A stretch of DNA of 55,850 nt from Pseudomonadota bacterium (GCA_900299205.1 OMIW01000129.1:1-55850); one strand, 5' to 3'; counted from the stretch's first letter, positions 46,553 to 55,772 are shown. The notes: generated by a model not told the origin, from the sequence alone. Translations and numbers: made by a program.

Positions 46553-46978
46553 GGTACGGATCAAAGCCCCCCCCCTTCTTCTCGGAATCCGCAGTCAAAT
46601 TAAAACAGCACCACAAGAATGGGATTGCATGATTTGGAAACCTGAGGTTAGTTAAACCTGAGCCGTTACACACCTGGAATAGCCCTATCCCGTTCCCGAA
46701 TCTGTGGTTGGGCTATTGTTTGGTCAAGCATCGCTTTCACCACTTGTCGCATCCTTTCATCGAAACCTTTGGCGAAAGAGATACATAAAGTCGTGTCTTT
46801 AAGATTGAACAAATGCTCTGACGTCGACTGCTATAACGGACGGAGAGTTTCGTCTGGGCTGCGCTTCGACCAGTTTGCGGCCATGAGCAGATGGGGCATA
46901 AACACAAACCGAAGACACATCTGGTCGGCCAGCGGTGTCCCGTTCTCTTGATATGCTAGATGTCTGGAGGCTTTTAGC

Positions 46979-48328
46979 TTGAGATTTTCTCATATTTCTC
47001 CCCTTTTGAGTCTTACCTTCGCAATCCTCACCCTCGGCCCCCTTGGCTGTCGAGATGGCCTACAACTATGGGGCTCCTCAATTTCCCTGCAACAGCTTCG
47101 TCCCGTTGGTCTGGCCCCCTCCCCGGTTATTGTGACGGTTGGGGATAGCCAGGGCATTAGGTTAATGACGGTTCAAAGAGTCGATGGTAAGAGAAAAAAA
47201 ACTATTCTATCCCAGAGCTACTCTCCTCCAGCACAACCTGCTGTTGAGGAATTACTTCTAAGCGTCGCGTCGGATCCCCCGTCACAGGGTCAGCTAATTC
47301 TCCGGGTCGCCGTTGAGGATGGGCAGGGTAATCAATCATCTCAAGATTTTGCAATTCCTCACTCAGACGAGACTCCGGGCATCTCGCTGTTCAAAGGCCC
47401 TCAATCTCTCACCGAGGCAGAACCCGCGGTTGCCATTATCCAGACCTCAGGGGAAGGTGTAGAATCTGCGGGGATCATGATCGGAACGCGAAAAATTCCT
47501 GGTATTCCAATATCCCTGCGAGGCTCCGCCGGCAGAGCTGATAAATTTCTAACCCTTTTTGCACCACCATCAGCCTCTGATGGCTCCACCATTCGCATCT
47601 ATGCCCAGAATCGGGCTCTTAATACCGCCTCCACCCCTCTCGGAATTGCCGTTCGCTCGGCAAGTGCTCCCGAGAAAACTATCAGGATCCGTCAAGACGA
47701 CGTATTAGGCATGATATCCTCTTCGGTTTCCCTCCTCCGAAGAGAATCAAACCTTTATGACGCATCGCTGTTATTTCAGGGGGAAACCCTCAGTCCAGAA
47801 ACTTCTCTCAAGCAGTTTTTTGGTTCATTTCTCGAGGTAAACCTGGCAGTAATTTCCCGGTTACTTGCCGTAAAGCCCCGGTTACCCACGCCCCTCAAGG
47901 GCCCGCTTACAAAACCTTCAGGTCGGCTTGTCGCCCCCTTTCGGAGCCGGTTGACAATAGCGACAGAGACAGAATCCTTCCGTACCAGTCCCATGCCCTT
48001 TCAATTACGAGAGGGCGAAGCCACCGGTGTAAAATCAATCGGACAAGGGACCGTAGTTTTCAACGAACATTTAGGACCTCTCGGAAACGCAGTAGGGGTT
48101 GATTCTGGCTCTGGTCTCGTGCTCGTTTACGGCCTTCTTGAGTCTTCACCGCTGTCCTTGGGCTCACGAGTCATAGTCGGGGCAAATATCGGAAAACCGC
48201 AGCGCCACTTTGGCCAAAATGTGGGGCGGTACCTGATAGGCGCGTTTATCAATGGCGATCCAATCAACCCCGCCCCCTTTTTCAACAAGGAGTGGATCGA
48301 GAGCTCTCTCAGCCCGTACCTCAAGTAA
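46979..48328 (+). CDS. Lipoprotein with a C-terminal degenerate LytM (M23-like) domain
   Basis: GGAGG lies 8 nt upstream of TTG 46979. Lipobox-like LTLGPLGC. The C-terminal region has M23 topology (GQGTVVF...GNAVGVDSGSGLVLVYGLL...GSRVIVGANIGK...INGDPINP) but lacks the HxxxD and HxH metal ligands. Confidence 0.55.
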   Translation: MRFSHISPLLSLTFAILTLGPLGCRDGLQLWGSSISLQQLRPVGLAPSPVIVTVGDSQGIRLMTVQRVDGKRKKTILSQSYSPPAQPAVEELLLSVASDPPSQGQLILRVAVEDGQGNQSSQDFAIPHSDETPGISLFKGPQSLTEAEPAVAIIQTSGEGVESAGIMIGTRKIPGIPISLRGSAGRADKFLTLFAPPSASDGSTIRIYAQNRALNTASTPLGIAVRSASAPEKTIRIRQDDVLGMISSSVSLLRRESNLYDASLLFQGETLSPETSLKQFFGSFLEVNLAVISRLLAVKPRLPTPLKGPLTKPSGRLVAPFRSRLTIATETESFRTSPMPFQLREGEATGVKSIGQGTVVFNEHLGPLGNAVGVDSGSGLVLVYGLLESSPLSLGSRVIVGANIGKPQRHFGQNVGRYLIGAFINGDPINPAPFFNKEWIESSLSPYLK

Positions 48329-48392
48329 ACATACGGAACAGCCCTCTCTTTTTTATCCCGCTTCCATACCAGCATATCCCGACGTCGAGTTG

Positions 48393-48420
48393 TTGTTATT
48401 TTTCAAATAATCGCTATAAT
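48393..48420 (+). promoter_or_regulatory. Sigma-70-like promoter candidate upstream of the ccm operon
   Basis: TTGTTA (48393-48398), 16-nt spacer, TATAAT (48415-48420), about 150 nt upstream of ccmE. Sequence pattern only. Confidence 0.3.
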
Positions 48421-48570
48421 TCAAGGGTCAAGATTAATTATTTCTGGGTAGGCGCACCAACTCCGGCGCTTTAACCCACCTAATGCTCAGGTGCCTTATC
48501 CAGCCCTCAGTGTTCGATATTTGGTGAAGCGGTTAAGGCTTCAGTCACGTTTTTTCGGCTCGGTCGGTCT

Positions 48571-48978
48571 ATGTCTGGCCAAACGCGTCTTCTCAGTATT
48601 ATCGTCGGTGCCATTGCCGTAGGGGCTGCTCTCATCTGGCAGGCCACAATGAGCACCGCCTCGGTGATTCTGACTCCCTCCGAGATAATCAACCTTAAGC
48701 AAGAAAGTAGGATGAGGATCAGAATGGGAGGAAAAGTGGCTGCGGAAGGCCTCTCATATGCGGTTTCACCATCATTCGTGCTTTCGTTCCGTTTAGCTGA
48801 CAGGGACGCATCTGACAAGTCGATTCCCGTTATTTATCGGAATATTAAGCCAGACATGTTTGCCCCCGGTAGGGACGTTTTGATCGATGGGGATTGGAAA
48901 GATGGAGCGTTCCATGCGACGAGTCTCCTGACTCAATGCCCCTCAAAATATGAACCGAGCGTGGCGACCCCAGATTGA
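48571..48978 (+). CDS. ccmE: Cytochrome c maturation heme chaperone CcmE, Cys-type (CxxxY) variant
   Basis: N-terminal TM anchor and an OB-fold core (RIRMGGKV...VIYRNIKPDMFAPGRDVLIDG). The C-terminal LLTQCPSKYEP aligns with E. coli VLAKHDENYTP, so the heme-binding His is replaced by Cys. Confidence 0.85.
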   Translation: MSGQTRLLSIIVGAIAVGAALIWQATMSTASVILTPSEIINLKQESRMRIRMGGKVAAEGLSYAVSPSFVLSFRLADRDASDKSIPVIYRNIKPDMFAPGRDVLIDGDWKDGAFHATSLLTQCPSKYEPSVATPD

Positions 48979-49015
48979 GAGCAAGCCATTTCCTTATCTG
49001 ACGTCAGTCTAGTAG

Positions 49016-51007
49016 TTGCGAGCACCTTTTATGTCTTCAGAGCTTGGTCATTTAACCCTGATGCTCGCATGGTTGTTTTGCTGCTCTTCTCTTCTGCTCG
49101 CGATCACGGCCGCTCTCCGCTCCTCATCCGCTCTCTTCCTCGCATCCACGAGAGCTACCATTTCATGTGGCGCGCTTCTTCTTATATCTCTTGCGAGTCT
49201 CGCTGGGGCATTCCTTGCCGAGGATTATACCAACCAGTTCGTTTGGCAGTTCTCAAGCCGCGATATGCCATGGATTTACAAAATTACCGCGGTATGGGGA
49301 GGTATGGATGGCTCGATGTTATTGTGGGCGAGCTTCCTTGGCCTTGGGGCTGCGTTGCTCGCCATTCAGCAACGTCAGGCCAAGAGCGAGATGATGGCTT
49401 GGGTTATCGCCGCGGCAAATTCATCCACCTTCTTCTTCACATCGGTGACCCTCTTTAGCACAAACCCTTTTCGATATCTTCAGACGCCGATCGTACCTGC
49501 CGATGGAAATGGACTCAATCCTCTCCTCCAGAATCCATACATGGCGATTCATCCTCCGATGCTATATGCGGGCTTTACCCTTTTCGCCGTTCCTTTCGCC
49601 TTTTGCTTAGGAGCTCTGGCATCAGGCAACCTTTCCAATAAATGGATCATGTTGACGAGGCGATGGACCCTTGTTGCCTGGGCATTCCTCACCGTGGGTA
49701 TCACACTCGGAGGTCATTGGGCATACCTGGAACTTGGCTGGGGCGGGTTTTGGGCGTGGGACCCGGTAGAGAACTCATCGTTTCTTCCCTGGCTGAGCGG
49801 GACGGCATTTCTTCATTCCGTGATGATCCAGGAGCGCAAACAGATGCTCCGATTCTGGAACGTGTGGCTGATTGGATTAACCTACGGGCTGACCGTTTTC
49901 GGGACGTTTCTTACCCGATCAGGCATTGTTCAAAGCATACATGCCTTCGCATCAACCGACATCGGGTGGCTGTTCCTAACGTACCTCTCAGTACTTGCCG
50001 TGGGCTTAACATGGCTGAGCTATTACCGTAGAGCCCTCTTACGCTCAGAGCGCTCACTTGAAAGTTTGTTATCTCGGGAGGCCTTTTTTCTCTTTAACAA
50101 TCTCGTGTTTCTCAGCATCTGCTTCTCGGTGCTCTGGGGAGTCATGTTCCCGGTGATATCTGAGGCGATAACAGGGGTAAAACAGACGATAGGGGCCCCG
50201 TTTTTCAATGCGGTGACGATACCTTTTTTCCTCTTGATGTTATTTCTTATGGGAGTTGGACCAGCGGCGGCGTGGAGACGTTCAAATGGACGTCGCCTCT
50301 TTCATTTGTGCGCCACCCCTGCCATCGGAGGATTGGCGATTGGTGTGTTTCTGCTCATAATCGGGGTTCGTGGTTTTTATCCGACTCTTGCCTACTCACT
50401 TAGTTGGTTCGTAGTTCTCTCGGTACTACGTGAATTGTATCGGGCCGTCAGAGCTCAGCGACCGACCCACCCATCTCTCCTTAGCGCCACTACATCTGCA
50501 CTCTCAAAACATCATCGAAGGTTTGCGGGAGCTCTTGTGCATATAGGAGTGGCATTAACCGCCGTAGCTATTACCTCGTCAATGGCCCATAAAACGGAGC
50601 AAGAGCTAAGTTTAAAACCGGGAGAATCTGTCACCATCGGCCGATACTCCATCACTCTCAGGGAACTCTCAGAGGAGCGAAGGCCAAATTATCAGGCACT
50701 GGCCGCCCATCTCGATGTCACACAAATCAGTAACAAGAGCTCCCCCCCGTTTTCTCTAACCCCCGAGATGCGCCGATATTTCCGTAACCAAGAAACAACA
50801 TCAGAGGTTGCTCTGAGAATGGATTGGTTAGAAGACCTTTACATCGTCTTAGCTGGGGTTCACGGAGATGATAGTGGTAGCGTGGCGTTGAAAGTTTTCA
50901 TAAACCCTCTTCAGGTATGGCTCTGGGTGGGGGTCTTAATCATGACGATGGGGACCCTAGCCGCCCTCTCGCCGAGGGCGATGTTTGTGCATTCTTCAGA
51001 GGTCTAG
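49016..51007 (+). CDS. ccmF: Cytochrome c heme lyase subunit CcmF
   Basis: 663-aa polytopic protein with the WWD motif WGGFWAWDPVENSSFLPWL, adjacent to ccmE. Confidence 0.9.
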   Translation: MRAPFMSSELGHLTLMLAWLFCCSSLLLAITAALRSSSALFLASTRATISCGALLLISLASLAGAFLAEDYTNQFVWQFSSRDMPWIYKITAVWGGMDGSMLLWASFLGLGAALLAIQQRQAKSEMMAWVIAAANSSTFFFTSVTLFSTNPFRYLQTPIVPADGNGLNPLLQNPYMAIHPPMLYAGFTLFAVPFAFCLGALASGNLSNKWIMLTRRWTLVAWAFLTVGITLGGHWAYLELGWGGFWAWDPVENSSFLPWLSGTAFLHSVMIQERKQMLRFWNVWLIGLTYGLTVFGTFLTRSGIVQSIHAFASTDIGWLFLTYLSVLAVGLTWLSYYRRALLRSERSLESLLSREAFFLFNNLVFLSICFSVLWGVMFPVISEAITGVKQTIGAPFFNAVTIPFFLLMLFLMGVGPAAAWRRSNGRRLFHLCATPAIGGLAIGVFLLIIGVRGFYPTLAYSLSWFVVLSVLRELYRAVRAQRPTHPSLLSATTSALSKHHRRFAGALVHIGVALTAVAITSSMAHKTEQELSLKPGESVTIGRYSITLRELSEERRPNYQALAAHLDVTQISNKSSPPFSLTPEMRRYFRNQETTSEVALRMDWLEDLYIVLAGVHGDDSGSVALKVFINPLQVWLWVGVLIMTMGTLAALSPRAMFVHSSEV

Positions 51008-51012
51008 AACAG

Positions 51013-51237
51013 ATGGTGCTGATAATCCTGTGCCTCATCACATCAGGGCTCGTGCTATGGACCTTGGCCCCGTTGATCAGAGACCAAGCGGATCCTGCTC
51101 CTTTCCTCACATCCGGTTCCGATGAAGAAGCAGCACGACTGGCTCGAAGAAGCCAGAGGATCGCTGATTTATCTGCCGACCGAGAACTCGGGAAGGTGGA
51201 TGAACGGGAATTTTCTAAACTTCGCGAGGAGGATTAG
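51013..51237 (+). CDS. Mini CcmI-like protein (single TM helix + charged helix; no TPR domain)
   Basis: 74 aa from ATG 51013. MVLIILCLITSGLVLWTLAPLIRD...IADLSADRELGKVDEREF resembles the N-terminal module of CcmI/CycH (TM1 + ...L..D...G.l..eE...). It lies between ccmF and ccmA. Confidence 0.4.
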   Translation: MVLIILCLITSGLVLWTLAPLIRDQADPAPFLTSGSDEEAARLARRSQRIADLSADRELGKVDEREFSKLREED

Positions 51238-51265
51238 CTGAACCGTCGAGGGGGCAGCACCACGA

Positions 51266-51997
51266 TTGATCTGCTCACAGTCATCACCTCGGTATGGAAT
51301 CGCTCGTATGCTTGGAAACAAAACGTCCCCTTCGCTCACAGATGATTGTACCCTCATCTCTCTGCGCGATATCGGTCTGAAGCGGGGATTTTTTTCTCTT
51401 TCTCAGATTACTCTTTTGGGGCAGCGAGCACAGGTAATACTGATCGTGGGACACAACGGGGCTGGCAAAACCACCTTAATCCGAACACTGGCTGGGCTTA
51501 TTAAGCCATCAATAGGCTCGATTACTCGACGGCATCGTGGGATCGCGATTGCGACGACCGACGCATTGGCGTTCGGGGGCCTCACCGTAGCGCAGAACCT
51601 TTCCCTGTTTGCCAGACTGGAGGGTTCTCCCATTCCCCAGGAGAGCGTGGAAAATTGGGGACTGGCAGCCTCGCTAAATTCCAAACTCTCAAACCTGTCC
51701 CGAGGGCTAACCGCTCGCGTTTCCCTCCTGCGCGCTTTTAGCTCTTCCGCTGAGCTACTCCTCTTTGACGAGCCCACGAGCAATCTTGATGATGCAGGTG
51801 GGAAACTGTTCGCTGATTCTGTTCAAGCACGAAAGGGTCTTGGTCACCTGACCATTATAGCAACTCATGACCTGACTCGATTACTACCTCTTGCTTCGAG
51901 CGTTATCGTCCTTGAACGAGGCACTATCCAACATCACGCTGAAAATCGAGCCGAAATTGACTTGGCTCTTGATTACTACCATTACTCCAATAGGTGA
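51266..51997 (+). CDS. ccmA: Heme exporter ATP-binding protein CcmA
   Basis: Walker A GHNGAGKTTL, signature-like LSRGLTARV, Walker B LLLFDEPTSNLD. Precedes ccmB and ccmC. TTG at 51266 or ATG at 51308. Confidence 0.8.
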   Translation: MICSQSSPRYGIARMLGNKTSPSLTDDCTLISLRDIGLKRGFFSLSQITLLGQRAQVILIVGHNGAGKTTLIRTLAGLIKPSIGSITRRHRGIAIATTDALAFGGLTVAQNLSLFARLEGSPIPQESVENWGLAASLNSKLSNLSRGLTARVSLLRAFSSSAELLLFDEPTSNLDDAGGKLFADSVQARKGLGHLTIIATHDLTRLLPLASSVIVLERGTIQHHAENRAEIDLALDYYHYSNR

Positions 51998-52728
51998 GCG
52001 TTCCGATGAGCACGTCCCCCTCGCCCTGTTTTCCGCCTCGCAAACCCTCGCCGGGACGCATCTGGTATATTCTTGTTCAAAAAGATATCTCCCTCATGCT
52101 GTTCTCCCGAGAGGGCGCGACGGGGCTTGTAACGCTTTCGCTCATGAACGCCACCATACTCGCTATCGGAACAACGAGTGCAATGTTGATAAGAGAGCAC
52201 ATACTCCGAATTGCCCCCGCGCTGCTGGTGGCAAGCTTCATCTTTTCGATCCTCACTTTTGTCGAGCACGGCTGCGCGGTCGACTATCGTGAGCGTGCTA
52301 TCGATGCTCTCCGCGTCATGGGGATTCCTCCTGCTTCTTTGTTCCTTGCGAAGGTATGTGCAATTTCTCTCTTTATCGCCGGTGGGGCGATGGTAAGCGC
52401 ATCAACCCTCTCGCTTCTCCTCGATTTATCCCTTTTTAAGGTGTGGGACCAACTCCTTGTTTGCGCATCGCTTCTTTCGATTGGATTTTCCTCTCTTTTA
52501 GTACTCCTCTCTACGATCACGATTAGTGCGCGCCTCCAAGGTATTATTCTACCCCTTCTCGCAATCCCCCTGTCCTTTCCTCTCACCCTTTCCGGAATTG
52601 AACTAACTCTTGAGTCCTTGGTAGGAGGTGGTATTTGGCAGTCTCCATGGCTTCCTCTCCTCATTATTGCCGATGTAGTGTACCTTGTCGGGGGCATTAA
52701 TCTTTTTGAATTTGCGGTGAAATCATGA
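51994..52728 (+). CDS. ccmB: Heme exporter membrane protein CcmB
   Basis: Polytopic roughly 240-aa protein. GTGA overlap with the ccmA stop and ATGA overlap with the ccmC start. Position in the ccmABC unit. Confidence 0.7.
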   Translation: MSVPMSTSPSPCFPPRKPSPGRIWYILVQKDISLMLFSREGATGLVTLSLMNATILAIGTTSAMLIREHILRIAPALLVASFIFSILTFVEHGCAVDYRERAIDALRVMGIPPASLFLAKVCAISLFIAGGAMVSASTLSLLLDLSLFKVWDQLLVCASLLSIGFSSLLVLLSTITISARLQGIILPLLAIPLSFPLTLSGIELTLESLVGGGIWQSPWLPLLIIADVVYLVGGINLFEFAVKS

Positions 52729-53408
52729 TTCCATCTTGGCATGACACAACCGAGCGGCTCTCAGCCTTGGTTGCATCGGCACTAATTCCCCTCTCGTTGT
52801 GGATCATCTTTATGAAGGTCCCTAACGAACAGGTCATGGGAGCCGTCCAGAGGATCTTCTATTTTCACGTGGGCTCTGCAATAGCCGCATATGCTGCGGT
52901 CGGTATCTCATTCATCGCCGGGATTAAGTTTTTGCTTTTTGGAAATGTAAGCGACGATGCAATGAACGAGGCTGCAGGTGAAGTGGGCCTGCTTCTTTGC
53001 ACTATCGTCCTCGGTTCCGGAATGATTTGGGGACACGCCGCGTGGAATACCTGGTTCAGGTGGGAGCCCCGCCTCGTAACATTTCTCCTGTTATGGCTGA
53101 TATTTGTGGCATTCGTCCTTCTTCGCGCTTTCGGGGAACGGGAGGTTATCGGACCGCAGGCGGCTGTGCTCTCTATAATAGGCTCAGCTACCGTCCCTCT
53201 TGTCTGGATTTCTGTCAAACTCCTTCCTCAAGCAGCTCAGCTTCATCCCCAGGTTATTGAGAATCAGGGGCTCCGACACCCCCTTTTTACCGTAGCCTTT
53301 CTCGTCTCCACGGTAGCTATTATGTCCTTCATGGTATGGCTTGTGCTCGCAAGAGCCCGGATAGGGATTCTTGAAAGAACATTAAGCAGCTCTCGTTTTA
53401 CTAACTAG
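52725..53408 (+). CDS. ccmC: Heme exporter protein CcmC
   Basis: Trp-rich periplasmic loop WGHAAWNTWFRWEPRLV (WWD-type motif), FYFHVG (conserved His) and 6 TM segments. Confidence 0.85.
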   Translation: MIPSWHDTTERLSALVASALIPLSLWIIFMKVPNEQVMGAVQRIFYFHVGSAIAAYAAVGISFIAGIKFLLFGNVSDDAMNEAAGEVGLLLCTIVLGSGMIWGHAAWNTWFRWEPRLVTFLLLWLIFVAFVLLRAFGEREVIGPQAAVLSIIGSATVPLVWISVKLLPQAAQLHPQVIENQGLRHPLFTVAFLVSTVAIMSFMVWLVLARARIGILERTLSSSRFTN

Positions 53409-53434
53409 AAAACTCTCTGATTTCCCCTCAAAAG

Positions 53435-53620
53435 ATGAATATCATGCCTGAAATTGCCACTCCTGATACGTTTCCATCCCTCCTTGCGGGGTACTCAGTG
53501 ATTTGGGGCCTAATCGTTGCTTACCTTATCTTTCTATCGAAGAGGGTTCGCCTCCTCGAGGGACAGATTAAGTCCTCTTATTTGCCCAAGGGAGTCTTAA
53601 CGAATGAACCAACGGAATGA
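53435..53620 (+). CDS. ccmD: CcmD-like small membrane protein
   Basis: 61 aa with a single helix LLAGYSVIWGLIVAYLIFL followed by a basic KRVR. Sits immediately after ccmC. Confidence 0.5.
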   Translation: MNIMPEIATPDTFPSLLAGYSVIWGLIVAYLIFLSKRVRLLEGQIKSSYLPKGVLTNEPTE

Positions 53621-54239
53621 GCCTTTCTCTGCCCCTATTCGGATAATTAACGCCACCTTTATGCGCGGAGCCGATGAATCTGCAGACTTACCGCTGACAA
53701 CAATCCCTGAAGTCGCATTTATCGGACGAACAAATGTTGGCAAATCAACGCTCATTAATCGAGTAACCGGTCGTCGCTCCATCGCTCGTGCAAGTTCGAC
53801 TCCGGGTCGTACACAGCAGTTCAACCTTTATCAGGCAGAGATTGTTGAAGGGGAGCATCGGTGGCCGATAGTATTTGTTGACTTGCCGGGGTTCGGCTAC
53901 TCACAGTTTTCCAAGAAAAAACGGGTTGCCCTCGAAAAAGCTACTGTAACTTACCTCACTCAGCGTCCCTCGCTATCCCTCATCTGTTTGCTCAACGACA
54001 TTAGGCGAGACCCCGAGGAGGACGAGTTATTTGTGGCCTCGATAGCCCGGGAAAGAGATATTCCGCTCATCACCGTGATTACCAAAGGTGACAAATTAGC
54101 TACCAACGAGGCCATGAAGAGGAGGCGTGAAATTGAGCGACACTTCTGCCTTCCGGCTGGCGAAAGTTGTCTGACTGGGACTAAAGTTGACGCAGGCGGG
54201 TTGATTGCGCGAATCCTGCGAGAGATTCAACCAGGATAG
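53604..54239 (+). CDS. engB: Ribosome biogenesis GTPase YsxC/EngB (YihA)
   Basis: EVAFIGRTNVGKSTLIN (G1), SSTPGRTQ (G2), VDLPGFGY (G3), TKGDK (G4). Overlaps the ccmD stop by 17 nt. Confidence 0.9.
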   Translation: MNQRNEPFSAPIRIINATFMRGADESADLPLTTIPEVAFIGRTNVGKSTLINRVTGRRSIARASSTPGRTQQFNLYQAEIVEGEHRWPIVFVDLPGFGYSQFSKKKRVALEKATVTYLTQRPSLSLICLLNDIRRDPEEDELFVASIARERDIPLITVITKGDKLATNEAMKRRREIERHFCLPAGESCLTGTKVDAGGLIARILREIQPG

Positions 54240-54361
54240 CCATTCTCTTGAGGCGCCATGGCTCCCGTTTGCTAAAATAAGGGGTTAAGAATCAGGGATT
54301 TTTAGGACCTTGGATCGAACGACCGGAAGGTAATAATCCGGCAACTGCCCTAAAATATGCT

Positions 54362-54448
54362 CGGAGAGAGAGGGATTCGAACCCCCGTCACGGTTTCCCG
54401 TGAACCTGATTTCGAGTCAGGCACCTTCAGCCACTCGGCCATCTCTCC
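54362..54448 (-). tRNA. tRNA-Ser (anticodon CGA)
   Basis: The reverse complement GGAGAGATGGCCGAGTGGCTGAAGGTGCCTGACTCGAAATCAGG...GGGGGTTCGAATCCCTCTCTCTCCG folds as a class II tRNA. Anticodon loop is CTCGAAA. It has a long variable arm and a 7-bp acceptor stem. Confidence 0.9.
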
Positions 54449-54630
54449 GCAGAGCGTTCTCAACCCCAAAAAACCAAACCTATGAATAATAGAAAAGATT
54501 AGTAGCCAACTACCCAAAGCGACCGCACTTATACCATGTTGGACAGAATCATCAAAGCAACTCCTTGCCTGAATTGCAGGCTGAGGCGAGAAACTCACCC
54601 GTCCCACCTCGGAAGGCCCCGCCCTACGCT

Positions 54631-55110
54631 TTAGTCGCTACGGATCCCCTCGAAGAAAGAATGAAGCAACTTGCGACTCTCGCTTTCTCGCACTCCCCCG
54701 ACGACCCGAGGCCTCGTAGCCTCAGGAACCGCGAGACTCACATCATAGAGGGAGCCGAGGGCACCAGTCCGAGGTTCGCGAGTGCCAAATATGACCCCCT
54801 CGACCCGGGCCAACAGTAACGCACCGGCACACATAGTACACGGCTCTACTGTCACCACGAGCACGCAACCCGCCAAGCGCCAATCACCAATACGAGCGGA
54901 TGCGGCCTCTAGAGCAATTAACTCTGCGTGAGCCACTGGACTCCGCCGCTCCTCGGTCCGATTTCGCCCCCGAGCAACCACCTCCAGCCCCCGGACAACG
55001 ACCGCGCCGATGGGTACCTCCCCATCAGAGGCGGCCTCCGAAGCCTCGTCGAGAGCAAATCCCATCCACGAGGAAACCAATTCAGGAGTCCACTCGGATA
55101 TAAGACTCAT
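54631..55110 (-). CDS. tadA: tRNA-specific adenosine deaminase TadA
   Basis: CDA-fold zinc motifs HAELIALE and VEPCTMCAGAL, plus EVPIGAVVV near the N-terminus. ATG at 55110 (a TTG lies one codon upstream). Confidence 0.9.
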   Translation of the reverse strand: MSLISEWTPELVSSWMGFALDEASEAASDGEVPIGAVVVRGLEVVARGRNRTEERRSPVAHAELIALEAASARIGDWRLAGCVLVVTVEPCTMCAGALLLARVEGVIFGTREPRTGALGSLYDVSLAVPEATRPRVVGGVRESESRKLLHSFFEGIRSD

Positions 55111-55136
55111 CAATCGTCCAGAATTCCACTGAGAAT

Positions 55137-55227
55137 CGGAGAGAGAGGGATTCGAACCCTCGGTACGGTTTAAAAGCCGTACACTCGCTTAGCAGGCGAG
55201 CGCCTTCAGCCACTCGGCCATCTCTCC
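55137..55227 (-). tRNA. tRNA-Ser (anticodon GCU)
   Basis: Reverse complement GGAGAGATGGCCGAGTGGCTGAAGGCGCTCGCCTGCTAAGCGAG...GAGGGTTCGAATCCCTCTCTCTCCG. Anticodon loop is CTGCTAA, with a long variable arm. Confidence 0.9.
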
Positions 55228-55279
55228 ACAATCCCCCCCCCGACTCGAAGCCAGCGGTCGAAAGCTCAAGCAAGAAACT

Positions 55280-55366
55280 CGGAAGGAGAGGGATTCGAAC
55301 CCCCGGACCCGTTTCCGAGTCACTGGTTTTCAAGACCAGCGCCATAAACCACTCGGCCATCCTTCC
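55280..55366 (-). tRNA. tRNA-Ser (anticodon UGA)
   Basis: Reverse complement GGAAGGATGGCCGAGTGGTTTATGGCGCTGGTCTTGAAAACCAG...GGGGGTTCGAATCCCTCTCCTTCCG. Anticodon loop is CTTGAAA, with a long variable arm. Confidence 0.9.
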
Positions 55367-55545
55367 TCAATCATCCAGGGAAAGGTACCTGAAAAAACCC
55401 TCCTCGTGCAAGTGTTGCCGGAACAGGCCCTCGACTCCGATATCTATCCGATGACTTAAAGCAACTTATTCTCCCGAGCCCTTCACGTTTTTTGCCCCTC
55501 GAAACTTTGCGTCTTTCCGCAGATTCAGTCTACAATGACGCTCAA

Positions 55546-55619
55546 GCGCTCTTAGCTCAGTTGGATAGAGCATCTGACTACGAATCAGAAGGTCGGGAGT
55601 TCGAATCTCTCAGAGCGCG
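55546..55619 (+). tRNA. tRNA-Arg (anticodon ACG)
   Basis: GCGCTCTTAGCTCAGTTGGATAGAGCATCTGACTACGAATCAGAAGGTCGGGAGTTCGAATCTCTCAGAGCGCG forms a cloverleaf with a 7-bp acceptor stem. Anticodon loop is CTACGAA, T-loop TTCGAAT. Confidence 0.92.
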
Positions 55620-55772
55620 TTTTCAACCAGTCGGTGCTTGTTTTAGGCGAGCGGGGTCAACCGACAATCACGGTCCTCTCGATTTTGTTCTCCCAATCGA
55701 CACCCAAGCTCCGATTAAAGTGGGTGATTGGGAGGACAATCAGAGGGTTGAAAAAGAAGTGGGTAACTTTGA

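Noticed and set aside
54350-54607. 85-aa minus-strand ORF. A similar ORF lies at 55082-55360
   Set aside because: These reading frames run through tRNA-Ser genes; the translation contains the AEWLK string produced by the tRNA D-arm. They are artefacts of tRNA sequence.
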